The position numbers and the translations under genes were made by a program. Of a stretch of DNA of 64,000 nucleotides, positions 1-12,798 are shown piece by piece. The notes below the pieces were generated by a model. The model was given only the letters and a program-made list of their open reading frames with translations. It searched no databases and was not told where the DNA came from. Origin of the DNA: Eremomyces bilateralis CBS 781.70. Lineage: Eukaryota. The stretch lies in NCBI GenBank assembly GCA_010015585.1, contig ML975163.1; one strand, written 5' to 3'. Within the stretch, counting starts at the first letter, position 1. Each line of letters opens with the position of its first letter.

Positions 1-532
1 CCAAAGAACAGAATGAGCTAGTTTACGAAATTGCTGCTAACACAACTCCCAATTCGTTATATCACTAGTCCAAAAGATGGGAAATGCTGTTTGAGTGATA
101 AAATATTGAACGGATTCCATGGTCAAATTGGTTTTCTAAGTCTATACTATGGAGTGCTGGCCAACGACAAGCGTAAATCGTTTTACATCCTTCTTTACCC
201 TGTGTTTATTAAGTTCTGTTTGCCAGATGTTTATAGATATCACAGGGGAACATGGAAGAAGCGGAGAAAATTCTACTAGTACCCCGAATCTGCCAAAGTC
301 AACGCAAAATATAGTCTAGCGAACAAAGAATAATGTGTTCTTCGCGTTTCCTATGTGTATCTCGTCCTTTATCCTCGCAGGCATAAATACCTTTCTCCTT
401 GGCCAGTCGAATCATGTCAACTTCTACATCGAAAATCTAAAATTGTCTTCTTCATCCAACTCTAACTAGGGCGTTAGCTACTACAAAGACACCAGTCTAG
501 TCCAGCTTGAAGCACCGCCGTTTCCTGTCAGT

Positions 533-2857
533 ATGAGCTGCTCTCCGATACTAGTGTCCGAAGCCACATCTTCAGTCTTGAGTGAGAACCATAGTACGGA
601 CGATGCTATTGTTGCTCCGCCATTGGATGAGCTTCAGAGCAAAGAACAAGGAGAGCTCATTGACCTTGTAGTCCGGCTCCGTCGCGCGGGTCTGAGCTCA
701 GTGCTACAACTTCCGCAGATTGTGGTTTGCGGTGATCAGTCTTCTGGCAAAAGCTCAGTCCTTGAAGCGGTAACCGAGATACCATTTCCACGCAAAGAGA
801 ATCTTTGTACTCGCTTTGCCACCGAGATCAGTATGAGGACTGATTCGAACTCAACGATATCTTGTAAAATCAATCCTCATGACGATGACCGCTCAGAGGA
901 CGCGAAGGATAGACTACGAGCATTCGCACGGACCATCGTGAATATAGGTCAATTGCCGACAATCATCGATGAAGCTACCAAGTTGATGGGCCTAGACGAG
1001 CGACATGCGTTCTCCAGGGACGTACTTAAGATCGAAATCTGCGGTCCCACTCGTCCACAGTTGTAAGTATTCCTGCGTCCACCTTTGCTTCCACAGCTCC
1101 GACTTACAGACAGTCAGGACTCTAGTGGATCTCCCTGGTCTAATCCATTCCGCGAATAAGTCGCAATCCGATGAAGATGTCCAGCTCATCAAGAGCTTGG
1201 TTGATGAATTTATCTCAGAAGAACGCACGATCATTCTGGCCGTCATCTCGGCGAAGAACGACTACGCCAATCAAGTGATTCTCGATCGGTGCCAGAAAGT
1301 TGATCCTTCTGGAGCTCGCACCCTGGGTGTCATAACCAAACCGGACTTTCTGCGCCCCGGATCAGAAAACCAGAAGAAATGGCTCAATCTTGCCCAAAAT
1401 CAGGACATTTACTTCAAGTTGGGCTGGCATATGCTCCGGAATCGTGATGATGACCAGCACGCTTTCAGTGCCGATGAACGGGACATGCAGGAGACCATCT
1501 TCTTCGACGCGGGGAACTACCGCATGATCCCAACCCAAAACAAGGGCATTGTCTCCTTTCGTCAGAGGCTTAGTACCCTTCTCTATCAACACTTGCGGGA
1601 TCAGCTGCCAGGACTCAAACATGAGCTCGACGAGCTGGCAACGCAGACTTTGGAAAAGCTCGAATCCTTGGGCAAGAGTCGTAGTACCCTGCCAGATCGG
1701 AAATTCTACCTGATGGAGATGTTCACGAACGGCCGAAACCTTCTCGATATGGGCGTGCGAGGGATGTACGAGAGTACCTTTTTCGAAACGGCATCTCAAT
1801 CTCCCAGAACGAAGAAGGGAAAAAAAAGTCATGTCTGGAACGAGCGAAAGCTGAGGTCCATGGTTCAGAACACGAACATATATTTCGCGAAGAGCATGCA
1901 TGAGAACGGCCATAAGTTTCGAATCCTAGATGATGGTGCAGAAACTGATGGCGATGAGGCGAGCGGAGACATCAAAACTCATTCACAGGCGATTTCCTGG
2001 GTTTTGAAGACCTTGAAAGAAGGTCGTGGACGCGAGCTTCCCGGAACTTTCAACCCAATGCTGGTTTGGCAGCTCTTTTGGAAGCAGTCCGAAACGTGGG
2101 AGCAGCAAGCGAAGGCTCACGTCATCCATATATCGGAGGTGTGCATGCATTTTGTGCATTTAGTCCTGGATCACGTTGCGGCCTCGGATGTGAAAAGAAA
2201 AATTCTTGACAAGAGCATCAATCCAGCTCTAGTCAATTCCCGTGATGCAGCCTTAAGCGAACTCAAAAAAGTCGTGGATGATAAGAATCGGCATCCCATC
2301 ACGTATAACCACTACTTCACCGACACGCTGCAAAAGCGCCGGCAAGAGCGTCTCACTAAACGGCTCACAGAGAACATTGAGAACGCCACTGTCTCTGTCA
2401 CGGAAAAGACGTTTATGGCTGGTCCTGGGTATGAGGAGAGGTCATACATCAATCCAGCCGTGCTGAAATCGGCTTTGCAAGAGACGACCAAGCCGGATAT
2501 GGACGAAGTTTCAGCGGAGGAGGCACTCGATGCCATGAAGGCTTATTACAAGGTATGATGCCTCCCCTTTTACCTCTACTTTCCTAATCCTTTTAATCAT
2601 TGCATGCTAAGTGAAAATAGGATGAACTTAAGTATTTCATCAATGCTATTACGAAGCAAGTGATCGAAAGACACCTTGTCGCACCTCTTGCCGAGATCAT
2701 GTCCCCGGTAGTCATCGTCACATTCACAGATAAAGAGATCATGCAGATTACGGAGGAGCCAAAGGACATCGCATCGCTTCGTGAGCATTTGCAGTCTAAA
2801 ATGTCAATACTCACTGAAGGGCAGGAGGCATTCCGGCAGACAATGTGGGAATTTTAA
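533..2857 (+). CDS. Dynamin-family (Mx/Vps1-like) GTPase; exons 533-1062, 1118-2552, 2621-2857
   Basis: LPQIVVCGDQSSGKSSVLE (G1), CTRFATE (G2), LTLVDLPG (G3, restored by splicing GTAAGT 1063..CAG 1117), TKPD (G4). Second intron GTATGA 2553..TAG 2620 gives AYYK|DELKYFINAITKQVIERHL and a GED-like end. Confidence 0.92.
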
Positions 2858-3986
2858 GGGAAGAGTACAAGGGGACCCGTACAACATAATAAATAAACAG
2901 TAACTTAGAAGGTTTCAATAATAACTCCGTAAACACTCAACTAATATAGAACTACCAATACAACGGATTGACAGGGGTAATACAAGGCTCTAAAAGTGCA
3001 TGGAAATAGAACAGGCTTCTTTGCCTAGTGCCCGTTTAGCAGTAGCAAAGTTGTATTGTGTAAGTTGTGTCGTTCTATGTGGATGCCCGGTTCCCTGGCC
3101 ATGCAGATATACGAGACTCATGGCAAGATTATTAATGCAGTTTGTAGCCTTAAGCTCCTAGAGCTGAAGCCTTGGTCTGCGACAATATCTTTCAACTTTT
3201 TAACATAATTTCCCCAGACGTTATATGAAGACTTGTCTTGTATCCGCCTTACCGAAGGGGCTAAGGTGATGATGTAATCAAGCAAGTCGTAATCTAACGT
3301 CTGGCATTGCGAGATAAGATCCGGCCGTGTTCTCTGACCCCGAGGTGTTCCGACCGAAGCGAATGCTCGGGGCCGCGTACGGAAGGATTCCTGAAAGGGT
3401 TGAGGAATGATTCGGGAAGTCATACGCTTGGCAGTGGTTGGTAGTGAGTAGTGACATTGGTCACAATTCTGAGAGACGTCGTCGATACCAACATCGCGGA
3501 TCCTGGCCTTCACCTGAATTGGATGGCGCGTTTAGTCTGAAACCGGTGGCTTCTTTTCCGTGGCTTCCCCAAGAGCAAGGGTACCTCGATTGACCTAAAT
3601 GCGCTGTACCTGGTTTCAAAAGATGATCACTGGTGGCTGAATAAGTGCGACCAACCGTCTGGAAGTCTAAATTGTATGGATGACCTCTGATTTCAGCAAT
3701 AGGCAAGCGGTTTTCTTTGGTTCATAGGTAATATGAAGGTCAAGAGGACTTAATCTAAGGATATTTTATAGAACGAGACCAACATGCGCCATGCTTACAA
3801 GGACTGTACACACAAGTGAAGGCATCTTTGAAAACAACTTTCCAAGACTGAAAGCGCCGCATTCCCATTCGTTGCAACTGTGTATAAAGGTAATGGACTG
3901 GACAGTTTTGATGCCAGGTTCGACTGGGTTCGAAAGGATGAACGAGACTGGATAGCCAGAACAACGAGCGAGGAGTGAGTGGAGTA

Positions 3987-4608
3987 TTACGCGAAACTGC
4001 TCGATTCAGGTTCGTCGGCAAACTATATCATCTGTCAGAAATGACCATCTTTGCTTACAAAGGGAGGTAAGTAAGAACGTATCTCAACTACTTACATGCC
4101 AGGTATCAATCCTCAGTACTAATTCTTCCGCGGTTACGGAGATAGGTGTCAAAACTCCAATAGTAATGATTTCGTTCAACCAGTAATATTTCTCCGACCC
4201 GGTCTCGAATTGGACCCGTAAGTGCAAATTGCTGCCTATTGTGGGCCCGCTGGTCCGGAGGAAAATGACAGCACCGTCGTCCGTGACAACATTATATCTC
4301 GTGTCTGCACTGAAGACGCCAGTTAGAGGATCCACCATGCCCCAGTCCGCGCCCACGTCTGCGATGTTTCCGTTGATAAGGGGTCCGGTCACATTGCCGC
4401 CGACGATGGGGATTGTCTTCCGAATGCCAGCGGGGCCGGGTCCTTGGCCGGCGGCGATATCGGGGGTACACAGGACGAATGCCGTGTATAAGAATTTCAA
4501 TCCTGGTGCCGCGGGTGTCACAACAGCAGGAGGAACAGAATCCTGTGCGGATACAAGCTGGCTGGAGAGGAGCGAAAGCGCCGAAACGACGAGAGTAAGC
4601 GGAAGCAT
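3987..4608 (-). CDS. Secreted DUF3237-like protein; exons 4608-4096 and 4022-3987
   Basis: Signal peptide MLPLTLVVSALSLLSSQLVSA; GPAGIRKTIPIVGGNVTGP...GADWG...DTRYNVVTDDGAVIF...FETGSEKYYWLN pattern. Intron GTAAGT(4095)..CTGAC..TAG(4023) adds terminal FADEPESSSFA*. Confidence 0.8.
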
Positions 4609-7324
4609 GGTGAGCGATGAACGGCCGAAAAGACTCGAATTGGATAATAGTAACGAATGTTGACTCTGAAGCTTAAGAGAGAGCGAGGCGTGGGCGGTTT
4701 ATACTTAAACAGATGACTGACCTTCAGCACCAATTTCCTGGCCAGGTCCTGCCGAAAGCTTTCCTGGAACCGGGAATCCGGATCTATATGGTGCTATTAT
4801 CTCACCGTCAACGGTGTCCAATCGCCTTGGCAGACTCAAATTGGACGTAGTCTTAGGCTCGAGTCTGGATTGTTGACCTGATTTTGGGTAGTTGACCGCT
4901 CTATTGGTCGGTGTTAGAGCGGTTCGACGAATCTGAATAAAAGCGAGAATGATGCACCCTATCTATCCGTGCCTCGTGGACTTACCTATGACGGGTATCG
5001 ACTAATTATCGAGATTACTACGGAATATGGAGTACGTATTCGAGAATCGACATGTGGCTCCTGCGGATATGGAAAAGAAATAGAGCTTTCTATGGCATCC
5101 AGTGGGGTAGTGACACTAGGTACTATACTACTATTGGACCAAGCAGATTATAAGCACCGTTGGATTGTGGATCGGGGCCGACGACTACTGTTAGCAATGG
5201 TACCTACCGTGGATGGCAAGGATGCGCCTGGCGAGATTGCTGAGAGTCGAATCATTGCGGTCGTCTAGGAGATAGTCCCTTCGACTTACTTCCCTGCTCA
5301 GTACTGTCTCAATGCAACCATCGATTTATGCTATTGATGCTGTGCTCCTTGGAGAAAAGTGAGTCTGTAACATCAGTATCTTGCTGATGATTCGAACTGA
5401 AGCACACTATAATAAGCCCAAGGAAAAATGGTCTTCGCTAGTCGTGATCGAAACTGATCAGGCAATCCTGCATTAATCGTCGATCTCTTAAAACTCCGAG
5501 TTAAAAGAAAAGCTATTGGGATAGGAGTCCGTGACAGGCCGTGATAGCGGGGACGGAGTTAATAATATATGATGAGCCGATGAGGCCATGCCGCCTGCCG
5601 GGCATGACGGACTGGATGAAGGTATTGCGCATTTGCGCGTCTGCATCGCGAATCTCAACTAGTGGGGCTAACCCACATCCTCATGATGGTAATCAGCAAT
5701 TCAGCATAACAGAGATTCCATCTTCACTTTTGCTTCAGATCTTCAAACATTTCTCCCTTTTCAATTAGTGTGCCAACCAGACCTGAGAAGTGAGAAAAAT
5801 ACAGTAATCAAGAATCCCGGATATCGAGGACTCGACGTTGCAAGGTTGAAGCCTGAAGACCATCTGGCCCGTGATTCAGGGGCAACGCCACGGTGGAAGT
5901 TAAACGCGGTTAGGGCGTTACTAGGCCAAAATGGCTCACTTCTAACTTTCTAAGATCCAACGCGAATTCATGATTGTCAGACATCGAGACAAGACTCAAA
6001 GAGTGAAGAGATATGATTATTCGTCCCCGACCAATGGCCATCAATTGATTGTGCCAGGGACTGGTTCATTTGAGGTCTAAATAGCCAATTAGCTATCCGT
6101 AACGGTCTTACAGTTACTCAATCGTTGGAGAACTGAGAACACATTGTGAAGCGGAATTACGTGCCAACGACCCTTGTGTTTCTTAGCGAGATAAAGTTCA
6201 GTCTTGGCAACGCCACTCACACCACTTAAAGGTAGTAGAAGCTTTTCGAATTCTTAGGTTGAATCTTCGGTTTGACTTGTTTGTTGTTAACTAGCTGCTA
6301 CCTACATACTGGCATTGGGGAATCCCCTTCGCTGGTGTTCGTTTGGCCGGGGGTTTGACAAGGGTTAAGGGGAATCGCGCAATGACCAGAGCCTCTATGT
6401 CCGGGGTTGGACATTGTCCGCGGAGGAAGCGTCAGTCTAGCTAAATATAGATTAAACCGAACGCTGACGGTCTACCGACAAAGGGAACCTGGGGCACCAA
6501 TCCCTTCCCCGGCACATCCCTTTTGTTCATGTACCCAGTCCCCTTCTTAACCTTCTCGATAAAAGCGCAGCAGATCAATACCAGTTAATCGAATGCTGCT
6601 TCTTGCTGATTGTTTGAAACCAGAGGATTAGTTACTATCCATATTCCATAATAATTGCAGTAACTCACTGGGCTGCTTCCACGACAGTGGTAGGTTATCA
6701 ATCCATATGAGCTTGGAGTGGGCTGATCCGTTCCTAATTCAGCATCGGTTATGTAACTCTGTTCCTTGACTCGATCTTCACATCTGTTGGGAACTTGGGA
6801 CTTCTCAGAGTTCTTTTTTTCTGTCTCCCTGTCTCCCCGAGTCCTCGTTGCCGGGCTGTCGGCACCCTCCGGCTTCACTCTTAGGAACAGCCACTTCCAC
6901 ATCAACCCGACCCAAATCTTGATACGACTAACGACATACTAATGTGTCCGCGTACACGCTAGCGAGCAACGACTTTGCTATCTTCGCTGCTATCCAGGCT
7001 TCAAGTAGCCTGGACCCTGGAATCATGGAGGTCCCTGGAATCTTGAATGTATCATGCAGACCTCAAGCACATTCTCCTGTTCTCCAACTCCTCGCGAATC
7101 CGAGATCAGGAGGTAAAGATGGGATGACTTGACCACGTTCCAAGTTCCGCTAACCTGGTTGTCCATAAGTTCCCCTTGAATTGATCTATTATTGGTCTCT
7201 CTGAGACGGGATAGAAGGAATCACGCCACGATTGACCAAGACATTTCTAATTCGCTTAAGTTATTATAAACGGACTACAGGCTGTGGAATTCAGAACGGC
7301 TGGTGTTTCGCCTATTCGTTAGTA

Positions 7325-7447
7325 CAGGCCCTGGTCACGAACGGGCTGGCACCCCCCCCCCCCCCCTGTTTCTTCTATCAACTCAACCTCCATTGTATGG
7401 CACAGGCTAGGGGGGGGGGGTGCCAGCCCGTTCGTGACCAGGGCCTG
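7325..7447. mobile_element. 123-bp MITE-like element with ~38-bp terminal inverted repeats and TA flanks (Tc1/mariner-type)
   Basis: TA|CAGGCCCTGGTCACGAACGGGCTGGCA-C15 ... G11-TGCCAGCCCGTTCGTGACCAGGGCCTG|TA. Perfect inverted repeat, with TA at 7323-7324 and 7448-7449. Confidence 0.8.
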
Positions 7448-8090
7448 TATGGCAATTGGTAACGCCATTCGCATCCACAATGCGGCCAGCATTCGAGCTT
7501 TAAGGTTATAGCACGAGAAGCCGGAGCTTAAGCCACCTATCGAGCTAACTTTCTGTTTCCTATTCTCTCATTGACTCGCGTCTTGATGGCTGATTGGATT
7601 GAGTCTCGGTCTGGACTTTGGCGAAATATGAGTTGCCACTGCGGCTGCTGCTCCTCCAATAATCTCCAAGGTCTTCTTATCCCCCATCCAAGGTGCAGTT
7701 TACAAAACCATTGTGGCTTATTTCGCCCATCCATGGGGTAGAAGCCATAGAAGTTAGAACCTCGTAATTTGCGTAGGGCAGGGTTTTGCGCTTTGCAGGC
7801 TTCCATAATTTCATCTTCCCGCCTTTTGTGGGGTTTGATAGTTCTTGAGTCGTCTTGACCACTGATCAAGGACGAACATGATGTGGTGCTCAACATTTAG
7901 GAAACGATCGGAGAGTTGGTTCGAAGTCTATAACTATAGACTGGCTTTCCAGAGTTTCCACGCTGTCCGATTTTCCAACTCCAGTGCGCGTTTCTGTCTT
8001 GCATGGCCGATTGATCACTGATCATCTACTCCCTATCTCGAGTCAGAGACTCACAAGTCACATGCAAGTCACTGTCAAAAGTATATCAAG

Positions 8091-9286
8091 ATGCCGGATG
8101 ATTTCTTCAACTCTTTTGATCCGCGAGCGACAAGTCGAGAGGATGAGACAAAAGCTCCCATGATAATCGCGGCTCACACGAGCATGCTGGCTATCGCTCT
8201 TATTTTGTACATCTGCCGCATGGTCTCCAGGTCGCGACCAACTTTCAAGCTTAGCTGGGATGATTATCTGATCACTATCGCGGTGGTAAGCTTCAGTTTA
8301 GACACAGTATTTTGCAGAAATAGGACTAACGACGTCCGAAGGGCTTTGTTATAACAAACTACTCGATCACAATATATAGTACCTCACTTGGCTATGGACG
8401 ACATATCGAATTCCTCGAGCCCGCTGATGCGCCTTTATACATCAAGTTGACGTGGGCCAATCAGATCATTTGGTCATGGGGAGTGATGTTCATCAAGCTC
8501 TCCGTTGCAGCAATGCTTCTTCGGATTCAAAGGGATATTCTTTGGAGAGTCGGCATGGGTGCATGCATCGTATACCTCATCGTATCTGCCATCGTCACGA
8601 TGGCCTTACAGATGACTGAGTGCACACCAATAGAGTACTATTGGAACAAAACGACCATCCAAGGAACTTGCCGGACTCGAGAGGACGTATTCAGAGCAGT
8701 CTTGGCGACATCGATTGCCTTAATATTATCCGACGTCGTGTTTGCACTCCTCCCTCTTACCTTCATCTTTTCACTCCGCCGCCCTCTACGAGACAAGCTA
8801 GTCCTCACCTTTCTCATGGGTCTGGGGCTACTCTGTACGGCTATTGGCACCCGGAAACTGTTCTACGCCAAGGAGTTCCAAAGAGTGAATGAGAAAGATA
8901 CGTCATGGTCCTCGGTCGAGATGAGAGTGTGGGCTTACGCCGAATCATACGTCGGCATTATGGCCGCCTGCATCCCCTGCCTTCGTGCGATGTTCGAGAG
9001 CGGACTTAAGAAGATCGGCATATCCCTGACGTCAACGTCCCAGACGGAAGCGCGAAGCAACACTCGGAGGACAGCACCGTCCGGACGGTTCGCCCATGGA
9101 GACTTCGAGATGATCTCGAGCACAGCGCATGTGTCGAGACATAATGACCGGCATTCGATAGATAAGCCTGGCAAAGACTGGGATAGGACATCGATCCCCG
9201 AGAGCGAGGAGGCGATTGTGCCGCACCATGGTATTGTCAGGAAGACTGATTTCACAGTCAGGACAGAACAGCGGGGGCGGTGGTAA
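8091..9286 (+). CDS. PTH11-like integral membrane protein (fungal rhodopsin-like domain, no CFEM); exons 8091-8285, 8342-9286
   Basis: WDDYLI, GYGRH (after splicing GTAAGC 8286..AAG 8341), KLSV, CTPIEYYW, SDVVFALLP, ESYVGIMAACIPCLR. Multiple hydrophobic segments and a polar C-tail. Confidence 0.9.
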
Positions 9287-9316
9287 TGGAACATTGCTCG
9301 AGTCCCTATATATTAG

Positions 9317-10237
9317 CGTCGTCGTATATTCAATGCACTTGCAGCGAACGCAAACCAAGCCCTGAAAGAAGTGGTTGAGGAGTACTAAAATAAGCCCAAC
9401 ATAAACTTCAAGATCGGGTGGTCGGACTATCGCCGATTCGTTAGGTAAATATTTCCATCCCAACGAGTTGGGATACGCAACGATGGCAAGCGTTGCCATC
9501 GCAACTGCGATCTCATTACAAAGCGAAGCTCTCAACCAGGCCAATCCATACTGCACTCTATCCAAGGCCCTTGTGTGCTAGAGCAAGAAAGGTTCCAGGT
9601 CCTACGCCAGCGTGGACCGCATGGACGACAATTATCAGAACTTCTGCAACCATAGGGTGACGCCATCGGACCTGCTAGGTTGGGCTGCTAGATACACGTA
9701 CCATCCAAGTACACCGGATGAACATGAATTCGTACTCAAGGTCAGTGGCGCGGCAGCCACGTTTAACAGGCTAGAGTGTGTCAATGCATTCAAGCGCATC
9801 ATCCATTCATCCATAGTTGCGATGGCGATGTTCCAATCAATCCATTGAATTAGAAGTTTGGCGGTGCGTATGTTGAGCGCTTGTATAGCTACGAAATCCA
9901 CATCAAATGGTCGAACCGCTTTTGACCCCCCATCACTGAGAAGCATGGCTACTGTGAGGGATGGTACAAGGTTGCATTCGGCAATTACAAGATGAAAGGG
10001 CGTGGGTAGGCGGTATATGACTATGGTCAGGATCCATAGTTGAAGTACGCGAGAGGATGCGTGGGCGGTGGCATCTCGGCCTAGAAGTTCTGGTATTATG
10101 ACCGGCCAGATGAGGATGGAAATGAATGGAACGCGTCGTTCAATACGCCAATCTGGGTCAGAGCGCGATGTTTTGATAACAATAAGGTCCAAATCACGTC
10201 TGGGGGCTTTACAGGCGGCTGCATTGGGAACGATTGA
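9317..10237 (+). pseudogene. Degenerate 3' part of a fungal SGNH/esterase-like gene with Cys/Trp-rich C-terminal domain
   Basis: Manual translation: RRRIFNALAANANQALKEVV..., ADSLGKYFHPNELG (SGNH block V-like), CVNAFKRIIH/SCDGDVPINPLN*KFGG, CEGWYK...GRG*AVYDYGQ...SA*KFWYYDRPDEDGNEWNASFNTPIWVRARCFDNNKV...GCIGND*. In-frame stops at 9851, 9923, 10007, 10037, 10082; frameshifts near 9430 and 9799-9814. Confidence 0.7.
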
Positions 10238-11329
10238 GGTTCGAAGAGCGTCTCGACGCGTGGGAGTCCTGATGTGAGATAGTGTTGGACTGTCGAGTCC
10301 AATAAGCGGATAGATTTTGAGATAATTGGTTATATTTGTCGTCAGTAGGATGTGAAATCGAAAATATAGTGATGCTGTATTCATTTATATTCCGGAGACA
10401 GGTATTGATAAAGCATGAGTATAGAGGTTTTGATGCTGGCAGTAGGAGACAAGAGGTGAAAGTCGGGAAATGGACAACCGCATCTCATCTTGCGCGTGGG
10501 GTGATGTTCAGATCCAAAAGAAACCTACAGGGGTATCTTTGCTCATTAGCAAGATCGATCAGATTAGATTGTGTGGCGTAGATCACCAGCCACTGTCCCC
10601 ACCGAAAATTTCGCAATATATATCATTATCACCACATTTTGCAAGGCACAATCGCTTAACTAGTATTCTGAGCATTTGCTATTTTCGGAGTTCCTAGATT
10701 GCTGGGTACAGGCGAGAAAGATTGGGTTACTTGTTTTTGCGGGCTGGAGCCGTCCACAACGTGGATGAGTAGGAACTCATGTGACGTAAGACGTCAAACT
10801 AGGGACGCGGATAACCTGTGTGACCTCTGACAATTTCCTACACAACGCAAGCATCTCACTTCCTCCCTCGGATAACCTATTGCTTCCGTGATTGATTGAT
10901 ACGTCTGAAAACAATCATAATTATCGCATTTGAAAGAAAGTGCAGTATTAGGGGATCGTGGAGTTTGGGTAAACCTACGAAGTTAGCGATAGTAATGGAC
11001 TGGAGTAGTCCAACACCCATCGACGCTTTCGATGGACGCAGTGTGGACGAGTAGCATGGTGATGGAAACGGGACGAGTTGACCCAGTTCAGGTACCTGCG
11101 GTATTACTGCTAAATTTGGGCATGGCAATGCCAAGGCGCTACCCCCCATTGTTTCCAATCTGGCAAGGCATGCACATGTGCTTTAATTATTCAAAACTAC
11201 GGTTACCAACACCATGATATTAAACAAGCGACGATCCGTCGACTGTATCGTACGTGGCGGCACCCTCTTTTCCAGAGTCTGGCCCTTATGACTGGCCGCG
11301 GACATTGTCATCACCGGGCCTACCAAGAC

Positions 11330-11703
11330 GCAAGTCCATGAATTCACGTTTCCGATGACTCGAGCAGCAGCAAAACTCCTTTTATCAGCAGGAACATCCG
11401 AACTATCCTGACTGATCTTGGACTCCCCCAAGAGGTGTTGATAAATCCCGCCAACGCTGAACTATCATTCGTCGCCTTGACACCTTTGATCTTCTGCCCT
11501 GTACATTCATACACCGTTCGTGAGAGAGCTTCTTCGCACATATCCCGCAAGGCTGTGTTAGTAGCTTGCTGGTTCTTAAGCTCTTGAATAAGTCCCTGTC
11601 TGCTCAGCTCGGATTCCTCGTTCAGCTCAATGCTTCCACCAACTGTGAGTTGTTGCAGACTTCGTTCAATCTCAATCGTTCCCTTGCCTGCTCTATTAGC
11701 CAT
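11330..11703 (-). pseudogene. Frameshifted remnant: helical segment followed by two HET-s-register pseudo-repeats
   Basis: ORF 11344-11703 (LIQELKNQQATNTALRDMCEEAL...GQKIKGVKATNDSSALAGFINTS) continues after a frameshift near 11431 into ORF 11183-11431 (ESKISQDSSDVPADKRSFAAARVIGNVN). No intact 5' part is visible. Confidence 0.55.
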
Positions 11704-12798
11704 CCCCTTGCCCGCTCTAGCTACTGCCTGAGACGCGGGCTCAGCAGGCTAGGCAAGATGAGCAGGGTTTTTTGAGATCCTTCGGGATCGCCGGGTGTCA
11801 GATAGATTTCCAACTCACCAACTGCTTCCGGAAAGCCAAGGAGCTAAAAGAGGGAAGCGTAACATGCGTGTGCCTCTCGCTATCTCACCGTCTCGCCTTC
11901 TCGCCCTCTCGTGGCCCTCCTTGAGCATGCACGCGACCGTCACTGCTAGCCTCGCCTTGCCTTGCTTTTCCTACCCCGCTTCTAGACCGGCTTAGCCCAC
12001 GAGTCCGGCAATGCCACGTAGGCAGCAAAGCGACGAAATGATACAGGGATCTAGGATCTTTATAAGCCGTGGTCCTTGTTACCGACTTCTATGACTCGGA
12101 TTGAGGATGACGGTGGACTAAGGCGCTGGAGTCGGCGTGGCCGAACGGGATTAACGGCCCCTAATGCCAGGGGCTGTGTGGGCCACTCCGAGCTCGCGAG
12201 CAGGATATGAGCGAGACGGCCGGCCACCTACTGGACTTGGGCAGGAGCGTGGAGAGGGGGGGAGGTTAGATTCGGATTCGAGGAGATAGTTAGTCTTACT
12301 CTCGAGAGGGAGGGAAACGGTCCAGGGAAACGGGAGGCATGCCTGGGAATCCAGGCAGAGGAGCTCCTCGAGAATGAAATGGCCAGCAGAAGAGACCGCA
12401 GCGCCGTGTGGACAGTGTGTCATACTTGGGACGGCGAACAGGAGGGAGCGCGGCGGCAAGTGAATGCAGCGAAACCAGAGACACCGGGAGCAGAGAGCAA
12501 GCGAGGGATGAAGAGCGGTCATGGATTCTCGATCGCCGCAGTAGTTGGGGGTTTTCGTGAAGGAGGGGGAGGGAGATGAAGGAGAAGACAGAGTGATGAA
12601 ATAAAACGGCAGAAGAAGGAATGATGGGATGCGCGTTTTATATGTGAGGTCGAAGCAGGCGGACCAGGCAGAGTAGGCGGGAAATCTTCGGATAATGGGC
12701 ATCGACCAATGAGCGTGCGTGGGAGATAAGCCGGACATTCTAGTGGTCGACCTGCCATTGTCTCTTTTACTGAATAACTAACTAAGTTAGTTAACTTA

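Noticed and set aside
3118..3980. Short minus-strand ORFs between the dynamin and DUF3237-like genes
   Set aside because: No recognisable motifs or consistent splice model; could be decayed sequence but unsupported.
9635..10384. 249-aa minus-strand ORF
   Set aside because: Antisense shadow of the plus-strand pseudogene; no motif support.
11780..12780. GC-rich segment with ORF 12151-12738 that might be a retroelement 5' remnant
   Set aside because: No gag zinc knuckle, RT, LTR or poly(A) evidence found.
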